Positions 57,919 to 64,000 of a stretch of 64,000 nt of DNA are shown piece by piece; the first letter of the stretch is position 1; each line of letters starts with the position of its first letter. A program made the position numbers and the translations under genes. This stretch comes from Candidatus Anderseniibacteriota bacterium (GTDB lineage Bacteria > Patescibacteriota > Andersenbacteria > UBA10190). The notes under the pieces are model-generated. The model saw only the letters and a list, made by a program, of their open reading frames with translations, had not been told where the DNA came from and searched no databases. Location: NCBI GenBank assembly GCA_040876835.1, contig JBBDOX010000016.1, positions 23,414 to 87,413 on the forward strand, read 5' to 3'.

Positions 57919-59226
57919 TTAAGCGTATGGCAAATTATCTGGTGGACTCTGTAGCCCAGCCTTGGCTCGTTCGACACTCGGAGCTCGTAAGTACTTTACG
58001 GGGAAATGATACAGTGTCGCCAGCTCTTCTGCAGAAAACCACTGCCCTGAACCCCGGCCCCAGAAGTCTCGCCACTGGAAATTCAACAGAACACGCTTTT
58101 CTCGCCAGTAGCGTCGTTTATCCCGCAATAAGTAGTTTGGGCCGTTGGTCTTAGTGGTTGGCTCCGGCCGCAGCGAATTCAAGTGAAAGGTGTTGTACTG
58201 CTTGAATACGCCAAAAGCTCGGCCAATGTTAGGCTTTTTCATCTGTCCTATAGGCGCAATGTGAATAATGCGTATCTTGGCGTGGAAAACCGATTGCGAA
58301 GATTTCAGAAGAATCCCCTTCATTTTTGCCTCATCTACCGGATTGAAGAAGCGCAGTTGCTGCTGTTTCTTTTCTTCCATTATCTCGATCGGTCCCTGTG
58401 TAGCTGCCTGTAATAGTTCTCCAGGGAAAGATTTACCAGCCTTTTTGAGCCGATCGAAAAATGTATCAGGCTCATCAGGTGCCTGTCCGGCAATGCGGGC
58501 TACTTCCGTTTGCCCCTTTTCGGAGAAGGCCACCATATCCTTGGCGTTTTCTGGGCGGATTAGTAGTTGAAACCAGAACTCCTCTCCAGGATTAATACTG
58601 GTGAGAGAGTCCACCATGCCGGCATGAGGGTCGATATACTTGTCTTCCTCCGCCAGCATTGATTCAAATTCCGGGAAGGTTTTAATCGGATAAATCTGAT
58701 CTCCAGCCAGATCAACCTCACTACCCCACAACTCATACTTCTTCCGTAAATCCCGCCAGTTGTAGCGCAGGGTATAGTCCTCAACTTCTCGAATATTGGC
58801 TTTGGGATATTGTCCATAAATCGCTCCCTCGAAGAACTGTCGATGAGCCGTTGGTACGACCATAATATATTTGGCCTTACCGGGCAAAAACTGCATCTCG
58901 CAGCTGTACCAGGCTTCCAGGTATCCGTCGAAGTACTGCTCAACCAGGTCCGGACTTTTATGGATACCACCTAGCACCTCATACATGATTTCCATAGACT
59001 TGGGCGTCTCCTCGGATTCCGGGGGAATGGTGACTTGCAGGAAGGTCCACTCAATGGCACTAACGTAGTCGATCATTTTAAGAATTCGATACGTTATCCA
59101 GGCAATCCATAAAATGAGACATAGCACCATCAGCCAACCTATTACCAAGAGTGTAGGAGTGAGGGTTAGAAATGCTTCCCCGAACGTAGGGGTTGCTGAT
59201 TGTTGGATGAAGGATATCTGTAACAC
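57919..59226 (-). CDS. hypothetical membrane protein (N-terminal transmembrane anchor plus large soluble domain), translationally coupled to the downstream ATPase
   Basis: 435 aa with a GTG start and a 3-nt gap to the ATPase gene. No recognised family. Confidence 0.45.
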   Translation of the reverse strand: MLQISFIQQSATPTFGEAFLTLTPTLLVIGWLMVLCLILWIAWITYRILKMIDYVSAIEWTFLQVTIPPESEETPKSMEIMYEVLGGIHKSPDLVEQYFDGYLEAWYSCEMQFLPGKAKYIMVVPTAHRQFFEGAIYGQYPKANIREVEDYTLRYNWRDLRKKYELWGSEVDLAGDQIYPIKTFPEFESMLAEEDKYIDPHAGMVDSLTSINPGEEFWFQLLIRPENAKDMVAFSEKGQTEVARIAGQAPDEPDTFFDRLKKAGKSFPGELLQAATQGPIEIMEEKKQQQLRFFNPVDEAKMKGILLKSSQSVFHAKIRIIHIAPIGQMKKPNIGRAFGVFKQYNTFHLNSLRPEPTTKTNGPNYLLRDKRRYWREKRVLLNFQWRDFWGRGSGQWFSAEELATLYHFPVKYLRAPSVERAKAGLQSPPDNLPYA

Positions 59227-59238
59227 AGGATGTCTCTT

Positions 59239-59266
59239 ATTGTACTTTGAATATTGCTACTAACAA
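59239..59266 (-). promoter_or_regulatory. sigma-70-type promoter TTGTTA-N16-TACAAT upstream of the membrane-protein/ATPase pair
   Basis: On the minus strand TTGTTA, spacer GTAGCAATATTCAAAG, TACAAT, with the GTG start 12 nt further on. This leaves a very short leader. Confidence 0.4.
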
Positions 59267-59290
59267 ACAGCCCGCGTATTAGGCGGGCTG
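59260..59290 (-). terminator. rho-independent terminator of the sigma-r4/HARE-HTH gene
   Basis: On the minus strand CAGCCCGC, loop CTAATAC, GCGGGCTG, then TTTGTT. Confidence 0.5.
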
Positions 59291-59294
59291 TGAG

Positions 59295-60341
59295 TTACAT
59301 CTGAGGGGCGACTTGGACAGTATATCGGTCCTCGCCAGTTTTCTTAAATCGCTTGTTATTCTGAAGACTTAAGAGGATGGTGTTCTTTTTGACCAACCGC
59401 TGCTTGAGAACTTCTTCGATTAACTCTTCCCGACTCAGGGGGTGCTGTGCCTGCTTTAGGATTGATTCCAGCACATCAGCAACGGTACCACTGACATAGC
59501 CCCACTCTTTTAGTCCATACAGTCCGCGGCCGACTAATACAAAGCGGCTGTCTTTAATGAGCTCATTATGAACAGTTTGGGGGTTAGCTTGCTTATGGTC
59601 GAATTTCGCGTCGTTGATCATCTCAGTAATTTCGCGGAAGTGAGCTGGTTTTTCATGACGGCGCAGAACAGCGTATGCCTTGTCCCCTACTCCGCGAGGG
59701 GAAGTTTCAGCCCAACCGATCAGTCCCCATTCGTTAAAGGCAGTTGGGGCAATATTCTTGCTGGCAACCAGGGCGGCGTAAATCGGCTCTCGAGGCAATT
59801 GCAGGTGGTGCATTTCCTGCAAGTGGGATTGGATCTCGGCAATCAGAGAATCTAGAGAAATCGGATGATTATGCTTTTTTAAAATGTCGCGCGCAATGAG
59901 CACAATGTCTTCAATCCTCTCGTGTACATGCTGTTCATGACGCCAGTGCGGGTCAAATAGCTTTTCACGAGTTGTGTGATAGAACGCAGGCAAGACATCC
60001 AGATGGAAGTGCACAATATTCGGTGAGTAGGGCTTGCCGGTATTTTCACGCGTAAGCTCTACCACGTGTTTTTCGGCCAAGGCTCCGCCATGAGAGGCGA
60101 AGATGTTTGTTAGTAAATCATAGGCCGGCTTGTATAGATTTTCTAAAGCACCTAAAACTTTCTTGGCATTGGCTTCAATCTGGCGCACGCGCTCACGCGT
60201 AATACCATATTCCTTTCCAATAGATTCAAGTGTTTCTGGCTTATCGCTTTTCAGACCAAAACGGCGCACCACAATGTCCTTGGAACGGGCATCGAGGCCA
60301 CTGAGCATCTCTTCGGTGATTTGGTTGAGGTCTTGAGGCAT
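59295..60341 (-). CDS. putative transcription regulator: N-terminal sigma-70 region-4-like HTH plus C-terminal HARE-HTH (RNAP delta-subunit-like winged helix)
   Basis: The N-terminus, TLESIGKEYGITRERVRQIEANAKKVL, matches the sigma-70 region 4.2 consensus. The C-terminus, FREITEMINDAKFDHKQANPQTVHNELIKDSRFVLVGRGLYGLKEW, matches the HARE-HTH pattern of RpoE/delta. Confidence 0.55.
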   Translation of the reverse strand: MPQDLNQITEEMLSGLDARSKDIVVRRFGLKSDKPETLESIGKEYGITRERVRQIEANAKKVLGALENLYKPAYDLLTNIFASHGGALAEKHVVELTRENTGKPYSPNIVHFHLDVLPAFYHTTREKLFDPHWRHEQHVHERIEDIVLIARDILKKHNHPISLDSLIAEIQSHLQEMHHLQLPREPIYAALVASKNIAPTAFNEWGLIGWAETSPRGVGDKAYAVLRRHEKPAHFREITEMINDAKFDHKQANPQTVHNELIKDSRFVLVGRGLYGLKEWGYVSGTVADVLESILKQAQHPLSREELIEEVLKQRLVKKNTILLSLQNNKRFKKTGEDRYTVQVAPQM

Positions 60342-60347
60342 ACGATT

Positions 60348-60376
60348 ATGTTAGCATGTATTGAATAAAATGTCAA
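60348..60376 (-). promoter_or_regulatory. promoter TTGACA-N17-TAACAT giving a leaderless or near-leaderless mRNA for the regulator gene
   Basis: The -10 element ends 6 nt before the ATG at 60341. A TTGAC-N5-GTCAA palindrome lies at 60394..60408 just upstream. Confidence 0.4.
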
Positions 60377-60476
60377 CTAGTGACAGGGAAGAGTTGACGA
60401 TTAGTCAATTCTCCAGTGCTAAAACAGCCTCCTACCATAGGATAAAGGCTGAAATTTGTCCACTCCTGTTATGCCC

Positions 60477-61793
60477 TTAACTGTCAAGGTCCTTTGACAC
60501 GAGAGATCGCAACTGGGCATCGAGTGCTCCGGCAGTGAAGGCAATTATTCGGTCGTAGTCTGAACTAGTTTGGGTGAGGGTATTAGAAAGCTCTGCGGCG
60601 GCGGTTAGTAGGTGTGTCTGAACTCCCTGCTCGGTAAGGAGTGCGGCCAGCTTCTGCGTATGAGGATTAGTCGTTTGCGCTTCACGGCCGACGGGGCTGA
60701 ACGGCGGATAGATAATAACTCCATCAGCCCTGCTAAGGGCTTTCGCAAAATCCAGGAGAAAATGATCCAGGCGTTCACGCATGTGGGCTTCAAAAATAAC
60801 CAGCAGTCGCTCGCCGCTGTACTTTTCTTTCAGACCAGATAGAGTGGTACGAATTTCTTCCGGGTGATGGCCATAGTCGGAGATGACCGGCGTCGTTCGA
60901 AAGCTACCGATTGCTTCCGTTCGCCGCCCTAGTCCCGGAAAGGTACGTAAAAACTGTCTGGCATCTGTTGATGGAATTTTAGCAATTCGGGTAGCTGCAG
61001 TTACAGCCAGCCCGGCGTTTTGCCTCATGTGCTCGCCTGGCAGCGGTACATCGATATCGTCCCAGTCAGAAGGCGGGATTGCAATTGTTTGTGCCGGCCA
61101 AGATAGAGAAGGATGATCAGACTGAATAGCGGCGTGAGTTATTAAGGCTCCGCCAGGCGGCAGCTTGTGAACGAAGCTGTTGTAGGAAGCTTCGACATCT
61201 GCGAGGCTGGAAAAGTAATCAGGGTGATCGAAATCAATTGATGTAATAATAATATGGCTCGGAGTCAGTGCCAGAAAATGATTGCGATACTCATCAGCTT
61301 CAACCACGAATATATTACTTTGACCTACTCTCGCATGCTTGCATTCCCATCCGTCTATCGGAGCTCCAACTAACACTGTTGGATCAAGACCCGCTTCCGT
61401 CAAAACATGCGCCAGAAAAGCCGTAGTTGAAGATTTGCCATGTGTTCCGGCAATGGCAATGGTCATGTACTGAGCCGAGACTTCCCCTAGCGCTTCCTGA
61501 TATGGCTTGATTAAAATGCCATGCTGCTTAGCTGCTCGCAGAACCGGATGGTCTGTATTAACCGAATCAGAGTGTACTACCAGATCCAGCTGTTTGAGCA
61601 CCTGCTCAAATTCGATTTCCGGATAGAGCTCGTATCCTTGCAAGTCCCCCTCACTGGCGTGCTCAGGGCGCAGCTGAGTGTCGGTACCGGCAATTTCGTT
61701 TCCCTGCCGCCATAATATCCATGCCAGACCACGCATACCTGCGCCCAGGACACCAAGCATGCCTATGCGTTGTTTTTGAGTGGATGCCATCAT
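60477..61793 (-). CDS. murC: UDP-N-acetylmuramate--L-alanine ligase
   Basis: 438 aa with the Mur ligase P-loop GTHGKSSTT. Confidence 0.85.
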   Translation of the reverse strand: MMASTQKQRIGMLGVLGAGMRGLAWILWRQGNEIAGTDTQLRPEHASEGDLQGYELYPEIEFEQVLKQLDLVVHSDSVNTDHPVLRAAKQHGILIKPYQEALGEVSAQYMTIAIAGTHGKSSTTAFLAHVLTEAGLDPTVLVGAPIDGWECKHARVGQSNIFVVEADEYRNHFLALTPSHIIITSIDFDHPDYFSSLADVEASYNSFVHKLPPGGALITHAAIQSDHPSLSWPAQTIAIPPSDWDDIDVPLPGEHMRQNAGLAVTAATRIAKIPSTDARQFLRTFPGLGRRTEAIGSFRTTPVISDYGHHPEEIRTTLSGLKEKYSGERLLVIFEAHMRERLDHFLLDFAKALSRADGVIIYPPFSPVGREAQTTNPHTQKLAALLTEQGVQTHLLTAAAELSNTLTQTSSDYDRIIAFTAGALDAQLRSLVSKDLDS

Positions 61794-61799
61794 ATATTG

Positions 61800-62978
61800 C
61801 TACGACTTCTTTCGCTGCGGCGCAAATCCCTGGGCAATTTTTAGTGACAGGCTGGCGATATCGCGGGCAGCATCCGGATGATCGAGAGCGACAATGTTTT
61901 TCTCCAGCTGAGTCCGGCTTTCGGCATCTCGCATCAACCGCTCAATGTTTTGCAGAAAAATATTCTCACCGAGGTTACTAGGGTCAAGCACTAAGGCCGC
62001 GCCGGCTGCCTCGAAGGCCTGGGCATTCCTGCGCTGGTGGTCGTTGGCTGCACTATCAAGAGGGACAAGTAGGGTCGGTTTTCGTAAAGCAGCTATCTCT
62101 GCCAGGCTGCCGGCTCCAGCGCGGCTGACAATACCGTCAGCGGCCGCCAGGCCATACACCATATTATCGGCCATGTATGGTACTGCCTTGTACATTTCTT
62201 TTCGAGGCGAATGAGCAATTAGTTCACTGGCTACCGTGCTAACAGACTGATGATGCTTGGTTCCGGTAATGTGAAGGATTGCCATGTCGACAATCAACTT
62301 CGGGAGTATTTTCAACAGGTGCTCATTAATCTGCTGTGCTCCTTGGCTGCCACCCATAACCAGCAATAATGGTTCCTGTGGAGGAAACCCCAGTGTCTGT
62401 TTAGCCTGCGCCGGATTTATACGACGCAAGTCGCTGCGCACGGGCGTACCAGTCACAAACATTTTATATTTCCATTTCGGCGCGTATTGCGTGGTCTGAC
62501 TGAACCCGACTGTAACCGCGGCAGCAAAACGCATCAGCAGAGCATTGCCTGAGCCGGGTATGGTATCTGATTCATGAAGCAGAATCGGAATACGGTAAAA
62601 GATCGATGCCAGCACAATTGGGATACTTCCGTAACCGCCCTTACTGATGACTACGTCGGGCATGACGCGCCATACATGTATCAGAGCCTTCACAATTCCA
62701 ACCGGCAGATGGAAAAACAAATCAGGAATTGTTAAGGCCGAGGCATAGCGGCGTATTTTCCCGGAAGGAATATGAGTGGCGGCAATATCAAAGCGGTCAA
62801 AGAACTCACGCGTTTCGGGGTCGACTACTCCCATGAAAGTAATCTTCAGCTCGGCAGGATCGAGGCGCCCGGGTAGAGAATCGCGCACTTTAAGAAACTC
62901 AATCCGTAAAGATTCCACAATCGGCTCCAGTGGCATTACGTGTCCGCCTGTTCCCCCGCCAGTTAATACGATACGCAT
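61800..62978 (-). CDS. murG: undecaprenyldiphospho-muramoylpentapeptide beta-N-acetylglucosaminyltransferase
   Basis: 392 aa with a GT28 N-terminus (LTGGGTGGHVMP) and a C-terminal UDP-GlcNAc binding region. Confidence 0.85.
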   Translation of the reverse strand: MRIVLTGGGTGGHVMPLEPIVESLRIEFLKVRDSLPGRLDPAELKITFMGVVDPETREFFDRFDIAATHIPSGKIRRYASALTIPDLFFHLPVGIVKALIHVWRVMPDVVISKGGYGSIPIVLASIFYRIPILLHESDTIPGSGNALLMRFAAAVTVGFSQTTQYAPKWKYKMFVTGTPVRSDLRRINPAQAKQTLGFPPQEPLLLVMGGSQGAQQINEHLLKILPKLIVDMAILHITGTKHHQSVSTVASELIAHSPRKEMYKAVPYMADNMVYGLAAADGIVSRAGAGSLAEIAALRKPTLLVPLDSAANDHQRRNAQAFEAAGAALVLDPSNLGENIFLQNIERLMRDAESRTQLEKNIVALDHPDAARDIASLSLKIAQGFAPQRKKS

Positions 62979-62998
62979 GGTTTGAGTATAAATCGGAT

Positions 62999-64000
62999 TT
63001 AGGACTTCTGCTCAGTGAATTTCGAAATGTTCAACAATACTCCGGCGGCAAACAGCAGTGTTGCTAATGCTGAGCCACCATAACTAATGAATGGCAGTGG
63101 AATTCCGGTCAGAGGCGTAATAGCTAAAATTGACCCCATGTTTATAAACGCCTGAATAACAATCCACGCCGTAATGCCGGTGGCCAGGAGTCGTCCAAAG
63201 GCATCCGGTGCGCGTTGAGCAATGTGAAAGCCCTTGACCATAATGATACCAAAAGCAGCGATCAGAAAAAGAACGCGGATAAATCCTAACTCTTCCGCAA
63301 TGATGGCGAAGATAGAATCTCCTGCCGGTTCAGGCAGGTATAGGTACTTCTGTCGACTACGACCAAACCCGAGCCCCCACAATCCTCCCGTACCAACGGC
63401 TAGGAGAGCCTGATTTATCTGGTATCCGATTCCTTGGGGATCCAATTCAGGATGCAAATATACAAAGATGCGGCGTAGCCGATATGTAGCAGTACTTATT
63501 AATACAGTAAACACGGCCACTCCTCCGAACGCAATCATGGCTAAATGTCGTAATCGGACCCCGGCTGCATATACCATAATCATGCCAATAGCGGTAATAC
63601 TGAACAGTGTTCCAACATCAGGCTGGAGGGTTATTAGAAAAGCGATGATAGCCATGATGATTAAAAATGGCACTACTGTTTCTTTCCAGCTGCGGATGGC
63701 ATCTCCTTTTCGCTCAAGCAGAGCGGCGAGATACAAGATAAAAGCCATTTTCGTCAGTTCACTGGGCTGTAGAGTAATCGGACCTACCCCTATCCAGCGG
63801 GATGCCCCACCCGATTCCACCTGCAGACCAGGAATAAAGACCAGGATCAGAAGAATGACGGATACCATCATTGCCGGTAACGCCAGGCCGCGCCACCAAC
63901 GGTATGGAATAAAATATCCAAGAACAAAAGCAACAAGACCGAGCGATATCCCGTAAAATAACTGATGCTTGAGAAAGAAAAAAGGATCATTAAATCGTTC
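62999..64000 (-). CDS. ftsW: SEDS-family peptidoglycan glycosyltransferase FtsW/RodA; the N-terminus lies beyond the window end
   Basis: The reading frame stays open upstream of the track Met at 63871 through to base 64000. The protein has polytopic SEDS motifs (.PSELTKMAFILYLA.). It sits next to murG-murC. Confidence 0.8.
   Translation of the reverse strand, partial: ERFNDPFFFLKHQLFYGISLGLVAFVLGYFIPYRWWRGLALPAMMVSVILLILVFIPGLQVESGGASRWIGVGPITLQPSELTKMAFILYLAALLERKGDAIRSWKETVVPFLIIMAIIAFLITLQPDVGTLFSITAIGMIMVYAAGVRLRHLAMIAFGGVAVFTVLISTATYRLRRIFVYLHPELDPQGIGYQINQALLAVGTGGLWGLGFGRSRQKYLYLPEPAGDSIFAIIAEELGFIRVLFLIAAFGIIMVKGFHIAQRAPDAFGRLLATGITAWIVIQAFINMGSILAITPLTGIPLPFISYGGSALATLLFAAGVLLNISKFTEQKS

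Noticed and set aside
1-64000. CRISPR arrays, rRNA genes, IS elements or transposases
   Set aside because: I found no regularly spaced direct repeats, no rRNA-like conserved stretches, and no ORF with a transposase- or integrase-like sequence on either strand.

Overview
This is a 64 kb bacterial chromosomal segment with about 49-50% GC, standard genetic code and dense coding, mostly on the minus strand. The gene content resembles a reduced-genome Patescibacteria/CPR lineage, possibly Saccharibacteria-like. That is an inference from a truncated AlaS, a short ProS, a HolB-like protein without a P-loop, two MreB paralogs, surface proteins with Pro/Thr-rich linkers, and a soluble VirD4/TraD-like ATPase. 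Core housekeeping blocks are clearly recognisable: xseAB, dnaX, serS-lysS, greA, mrdA-mreDCB-proS-rseP, frr, secDF, secA-hpf, murA, murC-murG-ftsW, and the rpsI-rplM / rplQ-rpoA-rpsD-rpsK-rpsM-rpmJ-infA ribosomal operons. One tRNA-Gln(UUG) is present at 17969..18042 on the minus strand. No rRNA, CRISPR array, transposase or integrase was recognised. The features worth a second look are as follows. (1) A compositionally mosaic accessory block of about 5.3 kb abuts tRNA-Gln; it holds GC3-rich orphan ORFs, an AT-rich MBL hydrolase gene and a 400 bp gene-free AT-rich stretch. (2) A three-gene module lies between a LOG-family gene and the murC-murG-ftsW block: a sigma-region-4/HARE-HTH regulator, a membrane protein, and a soluble VirD4/TraD-like P-loop ATPase with a C-terminal zinc ribbon. 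(3) Several foreign-looking GC3-rich single-gene insertions, each with its own RBS and terminator, include a csrA wedged into the ribosomal-protein region. (4) Three intergenic gaps carry orphan terminators that suggest unannotated RNAs or small proteins.
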